Of a stretch of 64,000 bases of DNA, positions 54,684 to 64,000 are shown in pieces (position 1 is the stretch's first letter; each line of letters begins with the position of its first letter). The notes beneath the pieces were generated by a model that was not told the origin of the DNA, did not search any database, and saw nothing but the letters and a program-made list of their open reading frames with translations. The translations under genes and the position numbers were made by a program. The DNA comes from an uncultured bacterium. Its GTDB lineage: Bacteria > Auribacterota > UBA3054 > JAPLST01. The stretch is taken from positions 15,753-79,752 of the forward strand of contig CAYNJC010000017.1 of assembly GCA_964397565.1 (NCBI GenBank), written 5' to 3'.

Positions 54684-57386
54684 ATGCCTTCATTGCGTTC
54701 TGCCAGATCAACCATCACGCTCCTGCTCGTATCCCTGCTGACGGCCGGGTACTGCCTGGCTGCAGACTATTATGTCGCCAGCAACGGCAGCGACAGCAAT
54801 GACGGTCTGACACCCACCGGCGCATGGCGCTCGATCAATTACGCCATCGCCGCCAGCGGCACCGGCACGCCCGGCGCACCACTGGTGATTAATGTCGGCC
54901 CCGGCGTCTTTGTTGAGTATTACAGTTTCAACGCCGCCGTGCACATCCCGCCCGGCAAGGGCCATGTGCAGCTGCGTGGCGCCGGTATCGATGCCACGGT
55001 GATTATGAGCGATGCAACGAAACTGTGGCGCATGGGCTACTCGGCCGTCATTCGCAGTTACAGCAACACCGTGACCATCAGCGATTGCACCGTGCGGCAC
55101 GGCTTGCCGCAGGGCTATCACTGGGGCTCCGTGTTGATGATTCGCTATGCCGCCGCCGCGCTGGTCAGCAACGTTTGGCTTGATGCGCGCGAGACAACCC
55201 GCGCGCTGCTGTTTCTCGACCTCCTCGCCAACGCGCGGGTGACTACCATCAACACGCTGATTACCGATGGCCTCGGCTGTAATATTTGCCACAACGGCGC
55301 CAGTACCTCGGCGGGGCTCGTCACCAACTGCACGATCATCGGCGGCTACGGTGGTGTCCAGGCCGATGCCGGCGTGTGCCAGGTCAGCCGCAGCATCATT
55401 GCCCAGGTCAAGGGCAGCGCATTCTATGGCACCGGCACCGTGCAAGGCCGGCAGTGCTGGCTGCGCGCCAATCATCGCACGGCGGAAGGCAGCGGGAGCG
55501 CATCCCTGTGTATCACCGGCGCGGTCATGCCTTTTGTCGGGCCCATCAGCGGGCAAGTAACGTCGCTGTCGTACCAGCTGCTGCCGGACACTGACGCCAG
55601 CGGCTATGGCTTTGCGCCCACGCCCCTGCCTGCCGCGTTTTTCCCGGCGCAACCGGTCAACACGGCACCCAGCAATGATGCCACCGTCAGCGCCACGCCC
55701 ACGTTGTCCGGCAGTCCATTCATGTCGCCGCTTGCTGCCGCGCATAGCGGCACCGAATGGCTGCTGCAGATCAGCAATCGCGGCGACTGGATCACCTTTG
55801 CGAGCGTCACCACGGCCGCACCGCTGACCACTCTGACGTATGCGCCGCCGCTGCGCGCACTCTATCCCGGCCAGCGCTTTTACTGGCGCATGCGCTACAG
55901 TGATGACCGCGGCGTCTGGAGCCCGTATTCCGCACCGACTGCCTTCATCGTCGCCGACACCAATCTGCCAACCTGGACCGTGCCGGTCAACGGCATGATC
56001 ATCACGACCAACGTCACGCTCAAGCCGGGCTTCTATGCCCTGCCCGGCGGCCTGGTGCTGGCCGCGCATAACATCGCCCTTAATGGCAACGGCGCGATGC
56101 TCTGCGGTTCTGTCACCACCGGGTTCGGCATTCGCGCCACAGGCTATTCGGGCCTGACGGTGTCCAACATTACGTTGATGAACTACTGGTATGGCATGGT
56201 GCTGCGCAACGGCGACAACTGGCTGCTGCGCGAAGTACATGCCAGCAACAATCGCGTGTACGCCGGCTCGATGCTGTTTCTCAACGTGTGGGTCTGGAAA
56301 ACGTTGACCGATGAGAATCTGTGTGGCGGCATCTATCTCGAGACCACCCGCGACACGCGCGTCGAACGCTGCAGCGCCACCAATCAACAGAACGGCATCA
56401 GCGTGGTCGGCGGCACCCGCTGCCTGCTGCTCAGCAATGACTGCAGCGCCAACGTCGGCTGGGGCATTCATCTGGCGTCCACCGACTACTCGCGCGTGGT
56501 CTACAACCGCGCTGTTCGTGGCAATCGTGGCAACAACGGCGGGACCGGCGCGGATGCCACCTGCTTCCTCAGCATCCACCAATCCACGCATAATGAGGTC
56601 AGCTCAAATTCGTTCACCGATGGCGGCGACGGCGTCTTCGAATGCTGCCTCGTGCAAGGCAGCACCAAAAAATCCGGCTGGAATTATTACGCCGCCAATG
56701 ATTGCCGCCGCGCCACCCACAACCCGATCGAGTCCACCTTCGCCTTCAGCAATGTCTATGTTGACAACATCTGCGACGACGGCAGCCACGGCTTCTGGCT
56801 CGGCTACACCCACTGCTCCGTCATCTCGAATAACGCGATCCGCGGCAATTACGGCTGGGATCATCCCTCCGGCATTGTCATCGAACATGGGCGCAACAAC
56901 CTCATCTGCAACAATGACATCGTCAGCAACTACGCCGCCGGCATTCGCCTGTGGACGGATTACGACAGTGGTCTCAGTTATCTGTACCCCGATTTGCGCG
57001 ACTCGAAACAGTATACCATTTGCGGCAATCGTTTCCTCGACAACGGCTATGCCCTCTATTGGGAAGACACCACCAACACGCTGGTCTACAATAACCTCAT
57101 GCTGACCCAGCGGACGGCCTATGTCTACAGCTATCGCTCGACCGGCTCATGGAACATCGCCAAGACCGCCGGCCCGAACGTTCATGGCGGCCCCTTTCTG
57201 GGCGGCAATTACTGGCAGGCCTACACCGGCCAGGATCTCACTGGCGACGGCCTCGGCGACACGCTTCTGCCGTTTACCGATTTCGGCGCGCTCCTGCCCG
57301 GCGATTTTCTGCCACTGACCGACGTGGTGCCGGAACCGGGCCTGCTGGCGGCACTGCTGCTGCTGTGGTGCGCGCGCCGGCGCTGA
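54684..57386 (+). CDS. Secreted right-handed parallel beta-helix repeat protein with PEP-CTERM anchor
   Basis: Signal peptide MPSLRSARSTITLLLVSLLTAGYCLA. Repeated N-x-I/V-x-G-N beta-helix rungs (ISNNAIRGNYGW.., ICNNDIVSNYAAGIRLW). C-terminus VVPEPGLLAALLLLWCARRR. Confidence 0.7.
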   Translation: MPSLRSARSTITLLLVSLLTAGYCLAADYYVASNGSDSNDGLTPTGAWRSINYAIAASGTGTPGAPLVINVGPGVFVEYYSFNAAVHIPPGKGHVQLRGAGIDATVIMSDATKLWRMGYSAVIRSYSNTVTISDCTVRHGLPQGYHWGSVLMIRYAAAALVSNVWLDARETTRALLFLDLLANARVTTINTLITDGLGCNICHNGASTSAGLVTNCTIIGGYGGVQADAGVCQVSRSIIAQVKGSAFYGTGTVQGRQCWLRANHRTAEGSGSASLCITGAVMPFVGPISGQVTSLSYQLLPDTDASGYGFAPTPLPAAFFPAQPVNTAPSNDATVSATPTLSGSPFMSPLAAAHSGTEWLLQISNRGDWITFASVTTAAPLTTLTYAPPLRALYPGQRFYWRMRYSDDRGVWSPYSAPTAFIVADTNLPTWTVPVNGMIITTNVTLKPGFYALPGGLVLAAHNIALNGNGAMLCGSVTTGFGIRATGYSGLTVSNITLMNYWYGMVLRNGDNWLLREVHASNNRVYAGSMLFLNVWVWKTLTDENLCGGIYLETTRDTRVERCSATNQQNGISVVGGTRCLLLSNDCSANVGWGIHLASTDYSRVVYNRAVRGNRGNNGGTGADATCFLSIHQSTHNEVSSNSFTDGGDGVFECCLVQGSTKKSGWNYYAANDCRRATHNPIESTFAFSNVYVDNICDDGSHGFWLGYTHCSVISNNAIRGNYGWDHPSGIVIEHGRNNLICNNDIVSNYAAGIRLWTDYDSGLSYLYPDLRDSKQYTICGNRFLDNGYALYWEDTTNTLVYNNLMLTQRTAYVYSYRSTGSWNIAKTAGPNVHGGPFLGGNYWQAYTGQDLTGDGLGDTLLPFTDFGALLPGDFLPLTDVVPEPGLLAALLLLWCARRR

Positions 57387-57395
57387 ACGCCGCGC

Positions 57396-57857
57396 TTACA
57401 GCGGCACAATCATGGAGAACGCCAGCACGAAAATCGCGACCGTCTCGGTAATGCCCAGAATGATGAAATTCTGCGCAAAGCCCTTGCGTGTCTCGGCAAA
57501 GGCATCGCAGGCGCACGCCGCGCCTTTGCCCTGAAACAAGGCCGAGACGCCAATCGCGATCCCGCCGCACACGCCCAGCCCGAGCTTGATCAGAAAATTG
57601 TCCGGCGTGGTCGGCACCGCCAGCAGCTTCATCTTCAGCAAAATGAACGCGTAAATCGTCTGGGTCAGTGGCGCGCCGACAAAGCCCACCAGCAGAAACG
57701 GCGCCGCTTTGCTCTGTAGATAGCACTTCTTCCACGCGCCAATGGCCGCCATCCCCGCCAGGCCCGAGCCCCAGGCCGAACCGATCGCCGCCAAACCCAG
57801 CACGGCCACACCGCCAAAATCACCCAAGTGAATCATCAGATTTGTTTCCATTTCCAT
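57396..57857 (-). CDS. atpK: V-type ATPase proteolipid subunit K
   Basis: Four-helix proteolipid. GSAWGSGLAGMAA, PLTQTIYAF, ALFQGKGAA, GITETVAIF (carboxylate helix). RBS gagggag upstream. Confidence 0.85.
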   Translation of the reverse strand: MEMETNLMIHLGDFGGVAVLGLAAIGSAWGSGLAGMAAIGAWKKCYLQSKAAPFLLVGFVGAPLTQTIYAFILLKMKLLAVPTTPDNFLIKLGLGVCGGIAIGVSALFQGKGAACACDAFAETRKGFAQNFIILGITETVAIFVLAFSMIVPL

Positions 57858-57872
57858 ATCTCCCTCATTGCT

Positions 57873-57909
57873 GAACTATGAACTATGCACTATGCACTAT
57901 GCACTATGA
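57873..57909. repeat. Heptamer tandem repeat (gaactat x2, gcactat x3) between atpI and atpK
   Basis: gaactat gaactat gcactat gcactat gcactat ga occupies most of the 58-nt intra-operon spacer. Confidence 0.9.
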
Positions 57910-57915
57910 CCTTGA

Positions 57916-59691
57916 TCATGGTACCTCGGGGGCCTGCTTGGCAAGCGGCTGATACCGGTTGCCGCTCCACTCCTGGCCGAGATGTCCGGAAAACTCAAGC
58001 GTGTTCAGACGCAGACCATGCACCAGCACGGCCAGCAAGCCCAGCACCATGTTCAGCGCGTGGCCAACCACCAGAATCAACGCGGCAATAAAGCCGGTCA
58101 AGATCGTGTTCATGCCGACTTGCTCGGCGATGCCGTTAAACGCTAGTGAGGTCGCCACGCCGGCAAAGCCGACCGCAAACAAACGGATGTACGAGGCAAT
58201 GTCGCCGAAACAGTTGATCACGCTGAACGGAAATTGAATCACGCCGGCAATCAGGTCTTCACCACGTTTGTCATAAATATACAATCCAAACGTCAGCGCC
58301 AGTAGAACCAGTCCGCCGTACAGCACGAGCGCCGGCAGGGGTTTGTCCAAAATCAGCTTGTTGGCAATAAAGTACATGAAAATAATGATGCCCGCCCAGC
58401 CAAGCTGCTCAAAGCCCTTGGGTGAGTTCATCATCCGTGCGAAATTCCACAAATGCGCCAGCGTGAGCTGCACGGCCGCAATGATGAAGCACAGCGACAC
58501 GACGCTGTAAAAGTCCGCCGAATCGAGCACGACCAGTTTGCGCAAGAAGGCGCCCTGCGCCAGTTCTATGCCGAAATAACTGCCAGTCAGCACACCCCAC
58601 ACCAGCATGGCGAGGTTGAGCACATACATGAGATACAGTGGCTGCTGCGGAATGCGGCGGCCGTATTTGATCTGGATGCCCACGGTGATTGACAGAAACA
58701 CCACGGCATAGCCGGCATCGCCAATCAGCATGGCGTAGAAGAGCGAAAAGAACAGATAGAAGACGCCGCTGATGTCGCGTTCGCGATACCCTGGGAAAGT
58801 GTCAATGAAGTTGAAGACCGTCGCGACCGGCCGCAGCCAGCGCGGGTTGCGAATCAGGGTCGGCACCACGTCCTCGGACGTGGGCTCTTCAATCAGCAGG
58901 CCCCAGCCATGCGTGCGCGCGGCCGCCTCGACCGGCGCGACGGTGTCATGCGGGACGAAACCACACAGATAGGCCAGCGTTTCGACGCAACCGGTCGCAT
59001 CGCGGGCCAGGGCCAGCTGCAGTTCGTCATCCAGGGCATGGCGCGCCTGCTGCAACGCGGGCAGTGCGGCAGCCTGCCGCGCGATCATGGCACGCTCCTC
59101 GGCCTGTTGCTGCTCGAGCGCGGCCAGGGCAGCGCGCAATTCGGCCGGCGCCTTGTCCGGCAGCGGCACACTCGCAAGCGGCAACTCAATCGGTGCTTGA
59201 CTGACCAGCACGAACGCAACCGCATCCTTGGTGCGCCGCACTTCGTGCATAACACAGCCGGCCGGCATGGCCGGCACTTCATCCACGCCGCACTTGTACA
59301 ATGCAACATGCACGCCTTGCGCGCGCAGCGTCTGCAACTGTTGCGGCTCGAAATCACCCCAGACCGCAAGGTCGGCGAGCTGGGCACGCAGGCGCGCGGC
59401 ATCCTCGCCGCGCTGCGCAAGCTGCTCGCGCGCCGTCAGCAGCGCGCGGATGACCGCGTCCGGCGCCTGCGTCGCGTTCGCTGCCGTGGCTGGCGCCGGC
59501 GGCTGTTCCCGCAGTATTTCAATGGCGGTGTCATTGTCGCGGATACGCGTGACGACCTCCAGCGCGCTGGCGTGTTGCGGTTTGACGGCCGCCTGCACGT
59601 GCAGAACGCCCAGCGCGCGCAACTCCAGCAGCGTGGCCTCCTGCGTCTGCGCCAGGCACACCACCGTTACTTTTTTCATCGGGACAATCAT
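57916..59691 (-). CDS. atpI: V-type ATPase subunit I (membrane a-subunit)
   Basis: MIVPMKKVTVVCL... N-terminal cytoplasmic coiled region plus C-terminal polytopic domain (IASYIRLFAVGFAG...GHALNMVLGLLAVLVHGLRLNTLEF). Confidence 0.88.
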   Translation of the reverse strand: MIVPMKKVTVVCLAQTQEATLLELRALGVLHVQAAVKPQHASALEVVTRIRDNDTAIEILREQPPAPATAANATQAPDAVIRALLTAREQLAQRGEDAARLRAQLADLAVWGDFEPQQLQTLRAQGVHVALYKCGVDEVPAMPAGCVMHEVRRTKDAVAFVLVSQAPIELPLASVPLPDKAPAELRAALAALEQQQAEERAMIARQAAALPALQQARHALDDELQLALARDATGCVETLAYLCGFVPHDTVAPVEAAARTHGWGLLIEEPTSEDVVPTLIRNPRWLRPVATVFNFIDTFPGYRERDISGVFYLFFSLFYAMLIGDAGYAVVFLSITVGIQIKYGRRIPQQPLYLMYVLNLAMLVWGVLTGSYFGIELAQGAFLRKLVVLDSADFYSVVSLCFIIAAVQLTLAHLWNFARMMNSPKGFEQLGWAGIIIFMYFIANKLILDKPLPALVLYGGLVLLALTFGLYIYDKRGEDLIAGVIQFPFSVINCFGDIASYIRLFAVGFAGVATSLAFNGIAEQVGMNTILTGFIAALILVVGHALNMVLGLLAVLVHGLRLNTLEFSGHLGQEWSGNRYQPLAKQAPEVP

Positions 59692-59718
59692 CTGCTTCTA
59701 TTGGTCAAGTGTCAACGG

Positions 59719-59735
59719 TCATTGGTCATTTGTCA
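59719..59735. repeat. Left arm of the 17-bp inverted repeat flanking the four-helix-bundle gene
   Basis: tcattggtcatttgtca. Its reverse-complement partner tgaccaatgaccaatga sits at 60149-60165 (1 mismatch). Both arms are themselves heptamer (tcattgg) repeats. Confidence 0.85.
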
Positions 59736-60127
59736 TTGGCGCCGCGCAAACGACGCTTCTTGGCGGTGGCAATGGACGCATGGATGATCTTGCAGAGCTG
59801 CTGTGTTTCATCACGCACATCCGCCAGTAATCGCGCCGGCATCATTTCTGCTGCAATAAGTATATCAAGCCACACCGCTGTTTCGTTCAATTCTTTTTCA
59901 ACTATGCCGAGTTTATGCACAAAATCGCTGGTGCTTTCCGCCGCGCGCGCCTCGGCATAATTGGGCGCAGGTGACGTGCCTGCGCGGATGATCTGTTGGG
60001 CAATGTGGCGGCCCGCAACCGTCTTCGGCAACGCATCCGCCAAACGCAAGACACGCACGGCATGCCAAATCAGCCGTTGCTGCAATTCATCCGCAAAACT
60101 CGTTTCTATCTGTTCTGGTGCCGTCAT
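59726..60127 (-). CDS. Four-helix-bundle protein (23S rRNA intervening-sequence protein / Avd-like family)
   Basis: LPKTVAGRHIAQQIIRAGTSPAPNYAEARAAESTSDFVHKLGIVEKELNETAVWLDIL is the family signature. Located between atpD and atpI. Confidence 0.8.
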   Translation of the reverse strand: MTAPEQIETSFADELQQRLIWHAVRVLRLADALPKTVAGRHIAQQIIRAGTSPAPNYAEARAAESTSDFVHKLGIVEKELNETAVWLDILIAAEMMPARLLADVRDETQQLCKIIHASIATAKKRRLRGANDK

Positions 60128-60148
60128 TCTCTATCTGCCATTGATATA

Positions 60149-60179
60149 TGACCAATGACCAATGAACATTGATAAATGG
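60149..60179. repeat. Right arm of the inverted repeat / degenerate heptamer run (tgaccaa tgaccaa tgaacat tgataaa tgg)
   Basis: See 59719-59735. Confidence 0.85.
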
Positions 60180-60186
60180 TTTGCCC

Positions 60187-60798
60187 TCACGCCGCCCCTT
60201 CCATTTGCGTCTCGCTCAGTTTGGCCTTGGCAATTTTGCCGCGCGCAACGGCATTGGCCATTTGATCACCCAGGTAAATCTGAATCATACGGATACTGGT
60301 GAGCGCGGCCGGGATTTTCACTTTTTCGAACAAATTAATGCGCTGGATCGTCGTGCGCAACTCGCGCTGCAACAAGTCGCGCTGGCGCTCAATGATCGCG
60401 CGTTCAATCCGGATGCGGGCCAGCTCCTGCACCACCTCGAGCGCACGATCCACCCACAGCGGCGTGCTGAACAGGTCATACTCGTTGACCTTGAAATGCG
60501 CGGCGATGAAGACCGGAATGATCACGCCGGCAATATTGGCCGCGCGCGTCTCGACCCGCTCCAACACCAGTTTCTCCGCAAACGCGACCGGCTCGGAGAA
60601 CAGTTGCACCCAGCCGGCCAGTGCGACCCGCACGCGTGCCTCGGCCTGCTGTTTGTCCGCCAGCACACGTTCGACACGTCGGACCTCCTCGACCAACTGC
60701 TGCTTTTTCAGTTCGAGGGTCGGCAGGAAACGGCGGTACCGCTTGAGCGCGTCACGCTGCGTCTTCAGCTCATTCTTGGTCAGTTTCAGCTTGGCCAT
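60187..60798 (-). CDS. atpD: V-type ATPase subunit D
   Basis: MAKLKLTKNELKTQRDALKRYRRFLPTLELKKQQL... is the typical V/A-type D subunit N-terminus; about 200 aa of coiled coil. Confidence 0.88.
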   Translation of the reverse strand: MAKLKLTKNELKTQRDALKRYRRFLPTLELKKQQLVEEVRRVERVLADKQQAEARVRVALAGWVQLFSEPVAFAEKLVLERVETRAANIAGVIIPVFIAAHFKVNEYDLFSTPLWVDRALEVVQELARIRIERAIIERQRDLLQRELRTTIQRINLFEKVKIPAALTSIRMIQIYLGDQMANAVARGKIAKAKLSETQMEGAA

Positions 60799-60852
60799 GA
60801 TTTCTGCTGGAGATGCGTGCTGAATGGTGATGTACAGGTGCGGTCCATCGCA

Positions 60853-62148
60853 TTATCTCTTCGGCCAATATTGCTCAATCAAACTGGCTTTAATGCTGAC
60901 TTCAGTTTTGTCGAAACACTGCGCCAGAATTTCCCAGCACAAGTCTAGTGCGCGTTCGAGCGGGATGTTGACCGACAAGGACATCAACTCCTGCTCGAAC
61001 AAGCCGCCGTATTTCAGCAGTTTCTTGTCCCACGCGCTCATCTGGAAGCCCATCGCCATTTTTTCCTGCGTGTCGCGGCATTGGGCGTACAACTGGATCA
61101 TCGTGTTCATGATCGTGCGATGATCGTCGCGCGTTGTGCCGTTGACTTGCTGTTTCAGGCGGCTGAGCGAGCCGAAGGGCTCGATCCGCCCGTTGCGCAG
61201 GTAGAACTGGCCTTCGGTGATGTAGCCGGTGTTATCCGGAATCGGGTGGGTTACGTCATCGCCCGGCATGGTCGTCACCGCCAAAATGGTGATCGAGCCG
61301 GCGCCCTCGAAGTCAACCGCTTTTTCGTAGCGCGCCGCCAGTTGGCTGTACAAGTCACCCGGGTAGCCGCGATTGGACGGCACCTGCTCCATGGTGATCG
61401 CGATTTCCTTCATGGCGTCGGCGAAGTTGGTCATGTCGGTCAGCAAGGCCAGCACGCGCTTGCCCTGCAAAGCGAACTGCTCGGCCACCGCCAGGCACAT
61501 GTCGGGCACCAGCAGACACTCGACGGTCGGGTCGGCCGCGGTATGCACGAACATGACCGCGCGCGCCAGGGCGCCGCGCGCGTCGAACGTGTCGCGGAAA
61601 TACAGGTAGTCATCGTGTTTCAAGCCCATCCCGCCGAAGACAATGATGTCGACCTCGGCCTGCATGGCGATGCGCGCGAGCAGCTCGTTGTAGGGCTCGC
61701 CGGCCACCGAGAAAATCGGCAGCTTTTGCGACTCGACCAGCGAGTTGAACACGTCAATCATCGGAATGCCGGTGCGCACCATGTTGCGCGGAATGATGCG
61801 CTTGGCCGGGTTGACCGACGGGCCGCCGATCTCGACCCAGTTGCCGTCCAGGGCCGGGCCGCGGTCGCGCGGTATGCCGCTGCCGTTGAAGATGCGGCCC
61901 AGCAGATCGCTGCTGTACGAGACCCGCATGGCATGGCCGAGGAAGCGCACTTCGTCATTGGTGGCAATGCCGCGCGCGCCGGCAAACACTTGCAGCGAGA
62001 CATGGTCGTGTTGCAGGCGGATCACCTGCGCCAGCGACACGCCGCGCGACGTGCGCACTTCGGCCAGCTCGCCGAACGCAACCCCGCTCGCCGCCACCGT
62101 GATGACGTTGCCGGAAATCTGCAAGACTCGTGTATGTACTTTCTGCAT
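60853..62148 (-). CDS. atpB: V-type ATPase subunit B
   Basis: ISGNVITV...RFLG...[35 protein letters not shown]...[21 protein letters not shown]: non-catalytic B subunit. Confidence 0.9.
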   Translation of the reverse strand: MQKVHTRVLQISGNVITVAASGVAFGELAEVRTSRGVSLAQVIRLQHDHVSLQVFAGARGIATNDEVRFLGHAMRVSYSSDLLGRIFNGSGIPRDRGPALDGNWVEIGGPSVNPAKRIIPRNMVRTGIPMIDVFNSLVESQKLPIFSVAGEPYNELLARIAMQAEVDIIVFGGMGLKHDDYLYFRDTFDARGALARAVMFVHTAADPTVECLLVPDMCLAVAEQFALQGKRVLALLTDMTNFADAMKEIAITMEQVPSNRGYPGDLYSQLAARYEKAVDFEGAGSITILAVTTMPGDDVTHPIPDNTGYITEGQFYLRNGRIEPFGSLSRLKQQVNGTTRDDHRTIMNTMIQLYAQCRDTQEKMAMGFQMSAWDKKLLKYGGLFEQELMSLSVNIPLERALDLCWEILAQCFDKTEVSIKASLIEQYWPKR

Positions 62149-62177
62149 TGCCGCACTACTCCATGATTGCCGGCGCG

Positions 62178-63908
62178 TCAGGCCGCGACGGCGCGGGTGA
62201 TTTTTTCAGTGATCTGCGCCTCGAGCGTCTTGAACTCGGCGGATTCAAATTCGGTCGGGTTCCACGTCTTGTACAACTGCGTCAGCTCGAGAAAGAAGCG
62301 CCGCGCGCTGTCCTTGTCCGCAAAGGTAAAGGTCGCGTGCAACACCTCGGCCACTTTGGCGAATACATAGCGTTGGCGCTCGAGCGGCGTGGCCGCGTCC
62401 ACTTTGTCAAACGCGTCCTGCTGCAAATAGGCCGCATCCAGAAATTCCGCTTTGAGATAGATGACAAAGTCGTCCAAGGCTGTGCCTTCTTCACCAATGA
62501 CTTTCATCATCTGATTGACTTCGCTGCCGCGCCGCAAAATATCTTTGGCATAGGCCGCTTCGGGCTCGTTCACAAAATTGGCGTACTTGCTCCAGCTTTC
62601 AAGCGGATGAATCGCCGGATAGCGCCGCGCGTCCGACCGTTCACGCGACAAGCCGTGAAACGCGCCGACCACCTTCAACGTCGCCTGCGTCACCGGCTCT
62701 TCAAAATTGCCGCCGGCCGGGCTGACCGTGCCACCGACCGTCACCGAGCCGAGCGTGTCATCATGCAGGCGCACCACGCCGGCGCGCTCGTAAAAGCTGG
62801 CAATGATGGATTCGAGATAGGCCGGAAATGCTTCTTCGCCGGGAATCTCCTCGAGCCGGCCGGACATCTCGCGCAACGCCTGCGCCCAGCGCGAGGTCGA
62901 GTCGGCCAGCAATAGCACCTGCAAACCCATTAGCCGATAATATTCCGCCAGCGTGATCGCGGTGTAGACCGAGGCCTCGCGCGCGGCCACCGGCATCGAG
63001 CTGGTGTTGCAGATGATAATCGTGCGCTCCATCAGGGAACGGCCGGTGCGCGGGTCCTCGAGCTGCGGAAATTCACGCAATGTTTCGACCACTTCGCCAG
63101 CGCGCTCGCCGCAGGCCGCGACGATGACCACGTCCACATCGGCATAGCGGCTGATCAATTGCTGCAAGACCGTCTTGCCCGCGCCAAACGGGCCGGGAAT
63201 GCAGTAGGTGCCGCCTTTCGCCACCGGAAAGAACGTATCAATGATCCGGCATTTGGTGGTCAGCGGCTCGCTCGGGCGCAGGCGCTCCTTGTAGGCGCGC
63301 AAGGCGATTTTCACCGGCCACGTTTGGGTCATGCTGACCGCGTGGGTGCGGCCATCGGGCGCGACCAGGGTGGCGATCTGATCCGCCATGGCGTACGAGC
63401 CGGCGGCCACAATCTCCTTGACCTTCCAGACGCCCTGCAGCGCAAACGGCGTCATGATGCGGTGCTCGAAGATGCCTTCCGGCACATGGCCGAGAAACGC
63501 GCCCGCGCGCACTTCGTCGCCGACCTTCGCGGTCGGCGTAAACGCCCAGGTCTGGGTGTCGGACAAGCTCGGCAGATATGCCCCGCGTTTGAGAAAAAAG
63601 CCGCACTGCTCGGCCAGTTCCGGCAGCGGATTCTGCAACCCGTCAAACACTTTGCCGAGCAGGCCCGGCCCCAGTTGCACCGCCAGCAGGTTGCCGGTGA
63701 ACTCAACATTGTCGCCGACTTTCAGGCCGCGCGTGTCCTCGAACACCTGCAGATCAGCGTAGTCGCCGCGCACGCGGATGACTTCGCTTTTCAACCGGTC
63801 GTCATTGACCAGCACAAAGGCGACTTCATTCTGAATCACACTTGACCCAAATTCAACGGTAATCATGTTGCCGTTGACTGCCACGATCCGTCCGGTTTTC
63901 TGACTCAT
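62178..63908 (-). CDS. atpA: V-type ATPase catalytic subunit A
   Basis: [15 protein letters not shown]..., Walker [38 protein letters not shown]. Confidence 0.92.
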   Translation of the reverse strand: MSQKTGRIVAVNGNMITVEFGSSVIQNEVAFVLVNDDRLKSEVIRVRGDYADLQVFEDTRGLKVGDNVEFTGNLLAVQLGPGLLGKVFDGLQNPLPELAEQCGFFLKRGAYLPSLSDTQTWAFTPTAKVGDEVRAGAFLGHVPEGIFEHRIMTPFALQGVWKVKEIVAAGSYAMADQIATLVAPDGRTHAVSMTQTWPVKIALRAYKERLRPSEPLTTKCRIIDTFFPVAKGGTYCIPGPFGAGKTVLQQLISRYADVDVVIVAACGERAGEVVETLREFPQLEDPRTGRSLMERTIIICNTSSMPVAAREASVYTAITLAEYYRLMGLQVLLLADSTSRWAQALREMSGRLEEIPGEEAFPAYLESIIASFYERAGVVRLHDDTLGSVTVGGTVSPAGGNFEEPVTQATLKVVGAFHGLSRERSDARRYPAIHPLESWSKYANFVNEPEAAYAKDILRRGSEVNQMMKVIGEEGTALDDFVIYLKAEFLDAAYLQQDAFDKVDAATPLERQRYVFAKVAEVLHATFTFADKDSARRFFLELTQLYKTWNPTEFESAEFKTLEAQITEKITRAVAA

Positions 63909-64000
63909 GTTGTGGAAACTCCTGTAAGCAACGAATCCAAGAATGCCGCGCCGGCCACCGCATTGAGCGCCTGCCAGCGTTCGAGCAGGCGCAGCTTCAG
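63905..64000 (-). CDS. 3' end of an upstream gene, translationally coupled to atpA (possibly another V-ATPase subunit); truncated by the window edge
   Basis: Open frame from the window edge reading ...[31 protein letters not shown]-stop. Its TGA overlaps the atpA ATG (ATGA). Confidence 0.3.
   Translation of the reverse strand: MKLRLLERWQALNAVAGAAFLDSLLTGVSTT

Noticed and set aside
59726-60127. The four-helix-bundle gene as the Avd component of a diversity-generating retroelement.
   Set aside because: No reverse transcriptase gene is present and no template/variable repeat pair is detectable anywhere in the window. The family resemblance alone is insufficient.
1-64000. Scan for tRNA, rRNA and tmRNA genes.
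   Set aside because: No T-loop/cloverleaf-like (GTTCGAATC-type) or rRNA-like conserved stretches were noticed in any intergenic region. This is a by-eye scan only, and tRNAscan-SE/Infernal should confirm it.

Overview
High-GC bacterial chromosomal window. No rRNA, tRNA or CRISPR array was recognised by eye. The backbone is housekeeping: tsaD, an S41 C-terminal protease, panB, gatC-gatA-gatB, lepB, a SpoIID-like gene and a V-type ATPase operon in the order (partial gene)-A-B-D-I-K. Around this are many predicted envelope proteins, and five ORFs end in a PEP-CTERM-type anchor. That anchor density plus the V-ATPase gene order suggests a PVC-superphylum-like organism; this is inference only. Roughly 17.8-35.7 kb is an accessory, repeat-laden zone. 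It holds (a) a type IIG R-M/PglX-like gene reduced to its two ends, with a visibly AT-richer wHTH + PD-(D/E)XK ORF in between, followed by a 4-TM protein and a lipoprotein of unknown function; (b) a RayT/IS200-like Y1 transposase flanked by inverted hairpin repeats; (c) a visibly AT-richer ytfR-ytfT-yjfF-ytfQ furanose ABC transporter plus a GH127-like enzyme, bracketed by ~165-bp direct repeats; and (d) several interspersed repeat families, including a 127/155-bp TIR element with a filled versus empty site, a 278-bp-period multi-palindrome array present on both strands, and heptanucleotide-periodic tandem repeats in many intergenic spacers. I rank these candidates highest for follow-up: (1) a rubrerythrin carrying a signal-peptide-like extension that directly abuts a NOX/FRE-type membrane flavocytochrome; (2) the gutted R-M gene with its replacement nuclease-fold ORF; (3) a surface-protein locus with a C25 peptidase, two tandem giant PEP-CTERM paralogues and a secreted C39-like cysteine peptidase; (4) a PadR-linked multipass membrane protein with a VIT/vWA ectodomain and a PEP-CTERM tail; (5) single-gene cassettes (GxxExxY, four-helix-bundle) wedged inside the gatCAB and V-ATPase operons. 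All family calls come from motif recognition by eye on the supplied translations. No searches were run, and start codons are best guesses.
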